Notes under the pieces: model-generated
What the model saw: the letters and a program-made list of their open reading frames with translations, nothing else
What the model was told of the DNA's origin: nothing
Databases searched by the model: none
Part shown: positions 27,791 to 36,331 of the stretch, piece after piece
Position numbering within the stretch: the stretch's first letter is position 1
Layout of the letters: the number at the start of each line of letters is the position of its first letter
NCBI GenBank assembly: GCA_021108295.1
Contig: JAIORF010000102.1
Span: forward strand, 176,027-224,680
Length of the DNA stretch: 48,654 bases
DNA from: a bacterium
Lineage (GTDB): Bacteria; Patescibacteriota; Dojkabacteria; SC72
Direction of reading: 5' to 3'
Position numbers and translations under genes: made by a program

Positions 27791-28979
27791 TGTTTTTTGT
27801 AAATCTTGATATATTAAGAAGTATAGCAATTCCGACTAAAGTTACAAGTGTGCTTGATCCTCCATATGTAAAAAATGGCAGTGGTATGCCTGTGAGTGGG
27901 ATTAGTCCTACATTTGCGCCCATGTTTAGAAATGCTTGTATAGTAAGCCAAATTACGATTCCCATTGCAAGAAGTCGACCTTCTTTGTCGGGAGCGTTTT
28001 GTGCTATTTTAAAACCTTTTAGAAAAAATAGAATCCATGCAAAGACTAATATGCTTCCACCTAGAAAACCTAGTTCTTCCAGTAGGATTGCGAATGTAGA
28101 GTCTGTAAATGCGGTGTTTTCTACTAGATATCCAAACCTTTGTCTTGATTGTCCAAAACCTTTCCCAAAAAAGCCTCCACTGCCAATTCCAATTAGGATT
28201 TGTTGTATTTGATAGCCACTTCCACGAGGGTCAGCTACTTCCCCTTTCAAGAGTAAGGTGAAGTATGTTTTGATTCTTTCTAGTCTGTATGGTTCGATAA
28301 CGGCTGCTACTGCACTTAACGGTATTCCTAAAAAAAACGCAGAGAAGACAGTCCCAACTGTGTGTATACGGTCTTCTCCAGAGACGAGAAACATTAGAAA
28401 TGAGGTGATACATATAATCATGGTAGTGCCTAAGTCTGGCTCAAGGAGGATTAGTAGTGCTATTGATCCTACAATTGCAGCAAAGCTCATTAGATGTTTA
28501 CCAAAACCGTCTCTGTATGCAGATGTGATGCTTTTATAATTGTACTTTTGTTTAGAAAGCCAGGATGAAAGGTAGAGAATCACTGCTATCTTGGCAAATT
28601 CTGCGGGTTGTATAGTGCCTAGCCCTCCGAGATCGAACCATCTCTTTGATCCGTTTATCTCTTCTCCAAAAAGTAGTACGAGTAGAAGTAATACTATCGT
28701 TATCACTAGTGCTGGAGCAGAGAGTTTAAGTAATTTGTGGTAATCCCAGAAATAGATAAGTGTTGCAATCCCAACCCCTATCACTAACCATTGTAGGTGT
28801 CTTACAAGAAAGTAATATTTGTCAAAGAATATCTGGTTTGCGACATACATACTTGCATCAAAAATCATCATTGCACCAAAAACTGCCATCAGTATGGCGA
28901 TGGACAGGATAAGTTTGTCACCATGACGAAGTTTCCTTCTGTGGTGGTTGTTTTTCTTTTTGCGTTTTCTCGACATCAT
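27774..28979 (-). CDS. ftsW: SEDS peptidoglycan polymerase FtsW
   Basis: GSKRW, IQPAEFAK, EPDLGT, GYQIQQ, FTDSTFA, EELG, IPLTGIPLPFFTYGGSS. Start set at MMSRK (28979). Confidence 0.9.
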   Translation of the reverse strand: MMSRKRKKKNNHHRRKLRHGDKLILSIAILMAVFGAMMIFDASMYVANQIFFDKYYFLVRHLQWLVIGVGIATLIYFWDYHKLLKLSAPALVITIVLLLLVLLFGEEINGSKRWFDLGGLGTIQPAEFAKIAVILYLSSWLSKQKYNYKSITSAYRDGFGKHLMSFAAIVGSIALLILLEPDLGTTMIICITSFLMFLVSGEDRIHTVGTVFSAFFLGIPLSAVAAVIEPYRLERIKTYFTLLLKGEVADPRGSGYQIQQILIGIGSGGFFGKGFGQSRQRFGYLVENTAFTDSTFAILLEELGFLGGSILVFAWILFFLKGFKIAQNAPDKEGRLLAMGIVIWLTIQAFLNMGANVGLIPLTGIPLPFFTYGGSSTLVTLVGIAILLNISRFTKNNGNKG

Positions 28980-29006
28980 ACTCCCTCTAATATACAATAT
29001 TACGAT

Positions 29007-29603
29007 ATGAATGACCAAAAAGTTTTAGTCGTTGGTGGTCCTGGTAGTAGCGGTTCTTCTACAATTGCTAAGCGTCTTGCAAAGTATTTCAATATTGAGA
29101 GAGTGTATGGTGGTGGGTTTTTCAGAAAGGAGGCTCAGTCAAGGGGGTATGATAGTTTGGAGGCTTTTTATAGAGAAGTTAAGGAGAGTGTGTTAAAGGA
29201 GATTGATGTTAAGGTTGATGAGAATTTCAGAGCGTTGGCAAAGAAAGGTGGGGTATTGATAGAGAGTAAGATCTTTGCAGCAATTGCTACCAAAGAGAAT
29301 ATCCCGTGTAATGCAAAGGTGTGGATTACAGCTTCGTTAGAGGTCAGGGTGAATAGGGTTTTAGGCAAGGAGAATATTTCTAATCCAGTGCAAAGTTTCT
29401 TAAGAAAGAAACAGATTAGAAAAGATTTGGAAAAGAGATGGGAATTGGATAGGAGAAGATACAAAGAGTTGTATGGAGTAGATTACACTGCTCAGGATAG
29501 GTACAATGATCTTGTCGTGGATAGCTCGGAGCAAAATGAGGATGAGACTTTTGATTTAATAGTGGGTTTTCTAGAGAAGAAAGGTATCGTGTGTGATAGG
29601 TAA
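29007..29603 (+). CDS. Cytidylate kinase-like P-loop protein (archaeal/CPR-type Cmk)
   Basis: Starts MNDQKVLVVGGPGSSGSSTIAKRLA; has GGFFRKEA, EID..VD, KVWITASLEVRVNR, DRRRYKELYGVD and DLVVDSS. The upstream 70 codons of the ORF-track call are an ftsW shadow. Confidence 0.7.
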   Translation: MNDQKVLVVGGPGSSGSSTIAKRLAKYFNIERVYGGGFFRKEAQSRGYDSLEAFYREVKESVLKEIDVKVDENFRALAKKGGVLIESKIFAAIATKENIPCNAKVWITASLEVRVNRVLGKENISNPVQSFLRKKQIRKDLEKRWELDRRRYKELYGVDYTAQDRYNDLVVDSSEQNEDETFDLIVGFLEKKGIVCDR

Positions 29604-29629
29604 GTGTTTAATTTGTAAGGATTTCTAAA

Positions 29630-29881
29630 ATGGAAGAAGTTAATAAAGCTAAGGTAATTATTCCTTCAAGTAGTGATACTACAGGGTCTGTGCCAGTAAA
29701 AGACGATTTTGTTAAGGGTAAGGAGTATGAGAATAATGAGCCTATTCCTGAAGATTTACAAGATAGATGGCTAAGGTGGAAATGTTTGAAGTGTGGTTTT
29801 GTTTATGAAGGTAGAAAGCCTCTTAACGTTTGTCCTAAGTGTGGTAATAATGATTTAGACATGTTTGGTGATGTAGCCTAG
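29630..29881 (+). CDS. Small rubredoxin-like (rubrerythrin C-terminal type) metal-binding protein
   Basis: WKCLKCGFVYEG-x5-VCPKCG paired CxxC motif. Confidence 0.7.
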   Translation: MEEVNKAKVIIPSSSDTTGSVPVKDDFVKGKEYENNEPIPEDLQDRWLRWKCLKCGFVYEGRKPLNVCPKCGNNDLDMFGDVA

Positions 29882-29885
29882 AAAA

Positions 29886-29969
29886 TGCCGAGGGGGGGAC
29901 TTGAACCCCCACTCTATTGCTAGAACGGGATTTTAAGTCCCGCGTGTCTGCCAGTTCCACCACCCCGGC
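29886..29969 (-). tRNA. tRNA-Leu (anticodon UAA), CCA not encoded
   Basis: GCCGGGG/CCTCGGC acceptor stem, CT-TAA-AA anticodon loop, long variable arm TCTA-GCAA-TAGA, GGGGG-TTCAAGT-CCCCC T arm. Confidence 0.95.
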
Positions 29970-29981
29970 TTGGAGTTATGT

Positions 29982-30015
29982 ATTTTAAGGTATTATTGAA
30001 AGGTTTTCAATAATA
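29982..30015 (-). promoter_or_regulatory. Promoter for tRNA-Leu(UAA): TTGAAA-17-TAAAAT, with an 11-bp inverted repeat over the -35
   Basis: -35 at 30010-30005 and -10 at 29987-29982; IR TATTATTGAAA-ggt-TTTCAATAATA at 29991-30015. Confidence 0.55.
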
Positions 30016-30032
30016 TAACAAGTAAATTTCTT

Positions 30033-30108
30033 TGGAGGTGACGATGGGACTCGAACCCATGATAGTGGTTTTGCAGACCACGGCCTTAACCAACTTGGCT
30101 ACGTCACC
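30033..30108 (-). tRNA. tRNA-Cys (anticodon GCA), CCA encoded
   Basis: GGTGACG/CGTCACC acceptor stem, CT-GCA-AA loop, ATGGG-TTCGAGT-CCCAT T arm. It starts 4 nt after the pyk stop. Confidence 0.95.
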
Positions 30109-30112
30109 AATA

Positions 30113-31537
30113 CTATTTATTACCTAGGAGATCTCCTACGGTAGCAATCTCAAGTATTGAGTTTGTATACTTGTTTTTTATAGAACTACCGCTAATAATA
30201 GCAATTTTATCGTCAAAATCCAACTCTCCGTATGAAAATACGACTTCAGTTGCTTTTTCTATACTCTCATCTCTGTCTTCTGACAAGAGTGGTGAATAGT
30301 AACACTTAACTCCACGAAGCATATTATCCTCTCTAATTCTCTTAATGTCATCTGTAACCTCATATATTGGAATTGATAATCTATGTCTTGAGAGAGAGTT
30401 AACACTCTTCCCGCTTCTTGATATGACTAGTACTCCTTTAAGATTAAGCGATTTAGAGAGATTAAATACACTCTTGCACAATTCATCTGTATTTTCTGAG
30501 GCTTGGGTTCGACCATATACAAGTTGTGGAGAAAGGATATCCTCTACAGAAAGGGCTATGGTATTCATAGTTGCTACACTCTTTATGGGATGTTTCCCAG
30601 TAGAAGTCTCTGCAGAAAGCATCACGGCATCAGCTCCGTCTATTACGCTGTTGGCTACATCGCTTACTTCTGCCCTGGTTGCTCTAATGTTGTGTCTCAT
30701 ACTTTCGAGCATTTGTGTAGCAACGATTACTGGTTTCCCTACAGCTCTGCATCTATATATTAATTGCTTCTGAATTATTGGAATTTGCTCAAAAGGTATC
30801 TCTACGCCCAGATCTCCTCTAGCAATCATTATTGCATCCGAGTGTTCTAATATGTCGTCAAAATTATCAATACCCGCTTGATTTTCAATCTTGGAGATTA
30901 TATTAATACCACTATCTCCGAGTAACTCTCTTGTAAGTTTTAATACTTCACTATTTTGTACAAAGGAAAGTGCAACAAAATCGTAGCCAAGTGTTACTGC
31001 GGATTGGATGTCGTCTTTATCCTTTTCTGTAAGTAATGGGAAATTAAGAAAGCAATTTGGAATGTTAACTGTTTTATTGGCATTTAGTACTGCATTGTTT
31101 TGAACAATACATATGACATCGGTATCGACAATGTCCTTTACCTTTAGCTCTATATTCCCGTCATCGAGTAAAATGATGGTGTTTCGAGTAATGTCTTTGT
31201 AGAGTTTGTCATAGGTAATTTGTATTTGATTATCATTTGTTAAATCTTTTGTAGAGGGAATTAGGGCAAGAGTTTGACCTTCCTTTAGTGTCTTTTGTGC
31301 TTCAAAGCCAGTAACTCTAATCTTGTTTCCCTTGGTGTCGAGTATGAGAGATATTCTTGATGAAATACTGCGTATTGTTTTTAGCACTCTCTCTAATTCA
31401 TTGAAGTCAGCGAATGAGGCATTAACTCTCGCTATATCAACTCCAGCTTCAATCATTTGTTTGAGAGTGTCTTTCTCCCAGCTTGATGGACCAATGGTAG
31501 CTACTATCTTTGTTTTACAAAACTTTTGGGCAGTCAT
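30113..31537 (-). CDS. pyk: Pyruvate kinase
   Basis: KTKIVATIGPSS, LDTKG, ALSFVQ, SKIEN, MIARGDLGVE, ATQMLESM, RAEVSDVAN, DAVMLSAETSTGKHP. Confidence 0.96.
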   Translation of the reverse strand: MTAQKFCKTKIVATIGPSSWEKDTLKQMIEAGVDIARVNASFADFNELERVLKTIRSISSRISLILDTKGNKIRVTGFEAQKTLKEGQTLALIPSTKDLTNDNQIQITYDKLYKDITRNTIILLDDGNIELKVKDIVDTDVICIVQNNAVLNANKTVNIPNCFLNFPLLTEKDKDDIQSAVTLGYDFVALSFVQNSEVLKLTRELLGDSGINIISKIENQAGIDNFDDILEHSDAIMIARGDLGVEIPFEQIPIIQKQLIYRCRAVGKPVIVATQMLESMRHNIRATRAEVSDVANSVIDGADAVMLSAETSTGKHPIKSVATMNTIALSVEDILSPQLVYGRTQASENTDELCKSVFNLSKSLNLKGVLVISRSGKSVNSLSRHRLSIPIYEVTDDIKRIREDNMLRGVKCYYSPLLSEDRDESIEKATEVVFSYGELDFDDKIAIISGSSIKNKYTNSILEIATVGDLLGNK

Positions 31538-31630
31538 ATTATTACAGTATATTGGATAGGTATGAGTTTTACAACCGTATTTAGATGTATTAAGATGTAG
31601 TAGAACTATTTAACCTTTTATACTGCCTAT

Positions 31631-32038
31631 ATGAAGGAATATGTATACAATCTATTACTTCTTTTACTTATTTTCTTCTTTACCACTATACTCTTTTGTG
31701 GAATCATTATGCCTGAGATAGAGTTGTATTATGTTGCTACGTTGTTAGTATTAAGTATGGGTGTAATGATTACAAAACCTCTTTTAAAATTCTTAACTAT
31801 CAAAGTGAATTTCCTCACCTATTTTTTAATGTCCTCTATATTGCTAGTTGGTATCTTTTTCTTGCTTGAAATCTTCATGACAGGATTCTTTATCGAAACT
31901 GTAATATTTGAGGGTATTAATTTAGATTTCTTGCAAATTAATGGATTTGAAGTTATACCAGTAATTACGATACTTCTAATTTCTGTATTAAGTTCATTTC
32001 TTAGTACAATCTTTTTTACTTTAGGAAAAAGTAATTAA
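31631..32038 (+). CDS. 4-TM membrane protein, YvlD/phage-holin-4 family-like
   Basis: Four hydrophobic segments; KPLLKFLTIKVNFLT resembles the family (R/K)PxLxxLTxPxNxLT motif. Confidence 0.55.
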   Translation: MKEYVYNLLLLLLIFFFTTILFCGIIMPEIELYYVATLLVLSMGVMITKPLLKFLTIKVNFLTYFLMSSILLVGIFFLLEIFMTGFFIETVIFEGINLDFLQINGFEVIPVITILLISVLSSFLSTIFFTLGKSN

Positions 32039-32057
32039 GGTGTAGTATAATGAGCAT

Positions 32058-32288
32058 ATGAATAATATTTACAATACTCTACTAATTGTTCAGATAGTTA
32101 CCTCTTCGTTGCTTGTTGTCTGTGTACTACTCCAAAACAGAGCAGAAGGTTTGGGAAAGATGTTTGGAGGAGGAGGAGAGGTTTTTAGAACTAAGAGAGG
32201 GTTGGAGAAGTTCCTTCACTATTTTACTGTTACACTGGTTGTAATATTAATGGTACTATCTCTTACTCTACTTAAATTAGGAGAGTAA
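32058..32288 (+). CDS. secG: Preprotein translocase subunit SecG
   Basis: Two TMs with VLLQNRAEGLGKMFGGGG..FRTKRGLEKFLHYFT. Confidence 0.92.
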   Translation: MNNIYNTLLIVQIVTSSLLVVCVLLQNRAEGLGKMFGGGGEVFRTKRGLEKFLHYFTVTLVVILMVLSLTLLKLGE

Positions 32289-32290
32289 AT

Positions 32291-34063
32291 ATGCCAAAAT
32301 TAAAGAAGAGAGATCAGGAAGTTGTGAGTATGAGAGAGGCTTTTACAAAAGTTTCTCCTAGGGTTGATGTTAAGAGTGATAAGAAGTCACGTAGGTTTTC
32401 AATTAGGGATTTTCTTTGGAATTATCCGGATAACCTTGTAACTTTTTTTAAGATTACTTCACCATTAAGTATAATTGTTGTTTTTGCATTTCTTGGTTTT
32501 GGTCTTTTTGTTCTTCTAAGAAGTGATATGTTTCTAGAGAGTATTACTTCAAAGAAATATACACAGTATGTTGAAGGACGTGTTGGTGCAATATCTACGT
32601 TTAATCCTCTTTTTAGTAATCAAAATGATGTAGACAAAGCTATTCAGGAATTAGTGTTTGAGAAGCTTGTATATATTGATATAGATGGGCAGATGACTCC
32701 TGGTATTGCTACTTCTTGGGAGATTAGTAAAGATGGAAAGGTCTATCAGTTTGACATTTCTCTTGATCATATGTGGAGTGATGGAGAATCATTGGTTGTA
32801 GAGGATGTCCTTTTTACATTTGAGACAGCAAAGAAGCTTTTCTCAGATCAAGGATATGACACTATTGGTTCTGCGTTGGTAGATGTGGAGATAGAGGTTG
32901 TAGATGAAGATACAATTAAGTTTGTTTTACCCCAGACAAATGCAACTTTCCCAGAGATAGTTTCTATGTATATTGTCCCCAAACATATATTAAAGGATGT
33001 AGGGCTTTCTGACATGCCTTTTAATATCTTTTCAAGAAGTCCGATAGGTTCTGGTCCGTATAGGGTGTATAGGAGTGAACCAAATCTTGTGTATTTGCAT
33101 TCCTCAGATTATTTTACTCCCCAGCTTACTATCCCAGAGATAGTGATTAGATTGTACTCTGATGTCTCAAAATTAGAGTCTGCATTTAGAAATGGGGTGC
33201 TGGATGGCATCGTTTTGTCTTTCGATAGTAGTTCAGAGTTCACAAAGGAGTATCCCTCATATGTCTCCCATGTCATAGATTTGCCATATAGGGAGAGAAT
33301 ATTATTTTTTAATTTGAGGAAGGATAAGTTTCAAAATGAAGAATTAAGGAGGGGAATTAGTTGTCTTATTGACAAAGAGTCTCTGTTGAATAATTCGGGA
33401 ATATCAGGGAATGTGATTTCTGGACCAATATATTCAGAGAATTGGGCCTACTCTTCTGATGCTGATTATCTTGTGTATGATTCTGAAAAGGCGTTAGCTA
33501 GTTTGAAGAACGCCGGGTATACACCAAATAGCCAAAATGGGTATTTGCAGACGGAGGATGGTAAATTATTGACTTTAACAATTAGTTTTTTGAATAATGA
33601 GACCAATATAAGATTGATGAATACTTTGAAGGAATTGTTGGATGGTGAGGGTATTATCCTCAATCTTGAACCTTTTACCTATTCTCAATTGACTAAGGAG
33701 ATTCTTGCTACTAGAAATTTTGAGGTTTTGATGTATGAGATAGAGATGAGTATAGATCCGGATCAGTACAATTTATGGCATTCTTTGCAAAAAGAGTATC
33801 CTAATTTAAATCTTTCAGGGTATGAGTATGATCGTGTAGATATTCTTCTAGAAGAGGCTAGAGGGCAGTTAGATCAGAAGGATCGTAAAGAGGATTATGT
33901 CCTATTTCAGAAGTATTTAGTGGAGGATGCTCCTGCAGTTTTCCTATTTAGGCCTTCGTACCTATATCTAGTGAGTGATGCATTGGAAGGGATTGATTTT
34001 GGAAATGTGGTTAGATTAGAGGACGTCTATAGGAGTGTACATCTTTGGGAGTTTGCAAAGTAA
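32291..34063 (+). CDS. Peptide/nickel ABC-type substrate-binding protein (family 5), TM-anchored
   Basis: TFNPL, WSDGESLVVEDVLFT, PIGSGPY, LRRGIS..IDK, SIDPDQYNLWHS, EDAPAVFLF. Confidence 0.85.
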   Translation: MPKLKKRDQEVVSMREAFTKVSPRVDVKSDKKSRRFSIRDFLWNYPDNLVTFFKITSPLSIIVVFAFLGFGLFVLLRSDMFLESITSKKYTQYVEGRVGAISTFNPLFSNQNDVDKAIQELVFEKLVYIDIDGQMTPGIATSWEISKDGKVYQFDISLDHMWSDGESLVVEDVLFTFETAKKLFSDQGYDTIGSALVDVEIEVVDEDTIKFVLPQTNATFPEIVSMYIVPKHILKDVGLSDMPFNIFSRSPIGSGPYRVYRSEPNLVYLHSSDYFTPQLTIPEIVIRLYSDVSKLESAFRNGVLDGIVLSFDSSSEFTKEYPSYVSHVIDLPYRERILFFNLRKDKFQNEELRRGISCLIDKESLLNNSGISGNVISGPIYSENWAYSSDADYLVYDSEKALASLKNAGYTPNSQNGYLQTEDGKLLTLTISFLNNETNIRLMNTLKELLDGEGIILNLEPFTYSQLTKEILATRNFEVLMYEIEMSIDPDQYNLWHSLQKEYPNLNLSGYEYDRVDILLEEARGQLDQKDRKEDYVLFQKYLVEDAPAVFLFRPSYLYLVSDALEGIDFGNVVRLEDVYRSVHLWEFAK

Positions 34064-34067
34064 TGTG

Positions 34068-34148
34068 TGCCAAGAGGGGGAGTTGAACCCCACCCATTGC
34101 TGGACTACGCTCTGAACGTAGCGTGTCTGCCAGTTTCACCATCTTGGC
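34068..34148 (-). tRNA. tRNA-Leu (anticodon CAG), CCA not encoded, imperfect T stem
   Basis: GCCAAGA/TCTTGGC acceptor stem, CTACG-TTCAGAG-CGTAG anticodon arm, variable arm CCA-GCAA-TGG. Confidence 0.9.
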
Positions 34149-34163
34149 TGAGGTTGTATTCTA

Positions 34164-35360
34164 TTACTTATTGGGTTTCTTCGATGTAAGTGATATTAGT
34201 ATTTCTTTTTTGTCCTTCTTGCTAGGTCCCCTACTTTCCTTCCCTTTGTCTGTATCTGGATCAAACTTTTTGAAATCTTTAAGAAAATCTTCCTTGGATA
34301 TTGTATTTCCTTTCTTTGTCGTCTTTCTCTTTGTTTTTCTTTTTGTCTGCTTCTCTTTCTTTTTTATAAACAGGCTTCTCTTCTTAGGTTTCTTTGAAGT
34401 TTTTGTTGATTTTGTCCCATCATCAGAGAAAATTTCTAGAAGGGTTTTCTCCTTTGTTTTGTTAGTTGTGTTGTTCATTTTCTTGGAGAATGCTTTACTA
34501 ACCTTCCCCTCTTCTTTTTTCTTAAGTAGTGTGATTAGGATAGCGGATATACTAGATCCAAGAAGTAAGAATCCAACAAAAGTTACTATTAAATCTGTGT
34601 TTTGACCAAGAATAGTCGGAATGTCTTCGAGAGAGATGTTATTAAAGGCGAAGGAAATTCCATTGTGGTTTTCTGATATTGTAGAGGTTTCTACATCGCC
34701 GTATGCGAGTACTGCACTTTCACTTGGGTTGCTTGCATATCCATCTTTTCTGGTATATGCGAATACTGTGTATATGCCGTCTACGACTGTGTCTAAGTTT
34801 ATAGAAGTATTCCAATTGCCCTCAGAGTCTATCGCTGTAATTTCTACGAAATTTGATGCGTTTACAGAGAGTGTTACTATCACTTCACTGTTAGCAAAGC
34901 CTGTACCTGAGATATGGAGGGTGTTGTTTTCGAATGTAGGGGCTTTTACAATTGGTGGCCTTGGAATGATGATTGTGTCATATTCTAGGAGTTTTGTAGA
35001 TCCAAGTGAGTCTACAAATCTAAATTTAAGATGGTGTTCTCCAATACCAAGAGATGGGAGTGAGTATGGGCTAGTAATGTCTTCGAAGCCTTTCTCATCA
35101 ATGTCAAGTTCAACACCTGCTTTTTCTTCTGAAGGGTCTACAAATGTAATTATGTGGCTTGGATTGTCTGTGTAGTCAGGTATTAATATATTTAGTTCAT
35201 TTTCTATTTCTTCGAGTCTTTCTTCTTCGTCTTGTTCTACCTGTTCTACATCCACGTTATCTGTATTGCCAAGTATATCGTCAACAGAGATTTCGTCTTC
35301 AGCAAAAATTGTAGAGGGGATTAAGAGGAGTAGTAGAATTGTAAAGAGATATTTTTTCAT
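34164..35360 (-). CDS. Exported Ig-like domain protein with a TM anchor and Lys-rich cytoplasmic tail
   Basis: Signal peptide, acidic beta-rich ectodomain (LGIGEHHLKFRF; TLHISGTGFANSEV), a TM and a polybasic C-terminus. Confidence 0.6.
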   Translation of the reverse strand: MKKYLFTILLLLLIPSTIFAEDEISVDDILGNTDNVDVEQVEQDEEERLEEIENELNILIPDYTDNPSHIITFVDPSEEKAGVELDIDEKGFEDITSPYSLPSLGIGEHHLKFRFVDSLGSTKLLEYDTIIIPRPPIVKAPTFENNTLHISGTGFANSEVIVTLSVNASNFVEITAIDSEGNWNTSINLDTVVDGIYTVFAYTRKDGYASNPSESAVLAYGDVETSTISENHNGISFAFNNISLEDIPTILGQNTDLIVTFVGFLLLGSSISAILITLLKKKEEGKVSKAFSKKMNNTTNKTKEKTLLEIFSDDGTKSTKTSKKPKKRSLFIKKKEKQTKRKTKRKTTKKGNTISKEDFLKDFKKFDPDTDKGKESRGPSKKDKKEILISLTSKKPNK

Positions 35361-35414
35361 TTGTAAAGATATTAATATTACTAATGATATTGTATAGATT
35401 GTTTGAAGAGATTT

Positions 35415-35903
35415 CTAGTCTACTGTTTTATCGATAAAGAGAATGCCTTCTAGATGGTCGTTTTCGTGTTGAACTACTCTTGCATTAATGTTGTTAAACC
35501 GTCTTTTTACCATAAGTCCATTCTTATCCATGTATTTCACCTTTATCTTATTATATCTTTCTACATTTTTTTCAATATTGGGTATACTTAGGCATCCTTC
35601 TATATCTATATTGGTTTTGATTCCGATATTTTGGATTTGTATATTCATAAGGAGTTCGAATTCTCCAGTGTCGTAGTTAAGGACGTATGCAACTTTTTTG
35701 TTTACTCCTACCTGTGGTGCTGATAGACCTCCTGCTTGTGCTCCTACCTGTTCTTCACTTGTGAGAGCTGTATGTAAAAGGTTGTCTAGGAATTGTTGGA
35801 ACTTTTCTGTTTTTAATTCTTCGAGTGTAACATCTGTGGAAAGAGCTCTTAGAACTTTCTCCTCTTTTGGGTCTTCTATTGTAAGGATTTTTAATTGCTT
35901 CAT
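35415..35903 (-). CDS. def: Peptide deformylase
   Basis: GGLSAPQVG, EGCLSIP, QHENDHLEG. Confidence 0.95.
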   Translation of the reverse strand: MKQLKILTIEDPKEEKVLRALSTDVTLEELKTEKFQQFLDNLLHTALTSEEQVGAQAGGLSAPQVGVNKKVAYVLNYDTGEFELLMNIQIQNIGIKTNIDIEGCLSIPNIEKNVERYNKIKVKYMDKNGLMVKRRFNNINARVVQHENDHLEGILFIDKTVD

Positions 35904-35950
35904 ATGTAAATTATATCAAAAATGTTGGAGAAATGATAAAATGTCGGACG

Positions 35951-36331
35951 ATGTTAGCCTTACAAGAAAAACAATTGCTAGATGAGAAGGTTCAAAACTC
36001 GCAGTTTATTCAACAAATGGTAGAGCGTACAGAAGATGAGTATCCCTTCTGTGCTTCCCAGTCTTGGTACGAAGAAGTTTTGGATGAGGAGATGATAAAT
36101 GATAAATATGGTCATTTCGATATCGATGAGTGTACTCTTGTGTGTGGTGGTGTAGTGTATACGATGTTTGAGACTGTAGATGAAGAGAGACATTTTGTTA
36201 AACGTTTTGTCTTTGACAGGAATGGAGAGTTGTTGGAGTCTTCACATTTAGTAGAGGCTTATGGGTATAATGTGGTGTATAACAGAAAGATTAGTCTGGT
36301 AGGTGTTCTTGAATCTAGGATATACACTTAG
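35951..36331 (+). CDS. Hypothetical acidic protein (126 aa)
   Basis: Clean ORF with plus-strand codon bias. TGATAAAAT lies 8 nt upstream of ATG 35951. No family recognised. Confidence 0.55.
   Translation: MLALQEKQLLDEKVQNSQFIQQMVERTEDEYPFCASQSWYEEVLDEEMINDKYGHFDIDECTLVCGGVVYTMFETVDEERHFVKRFVFDRNGELLESSHLVEAYGYNVVYNRKISLVGVLESRIYT

Noticed and set aside
28797-29006. N-terminal extension of the kinase ORF
   Set aside because: It is an antisense shadow of ftsW; homology begins at Met 29007.
31631-32038. Holin as a prophage marker
   Set aside because: The YvlD-like family is common in chromosomes, and the neighbours are pyk and secG with no phage genes.
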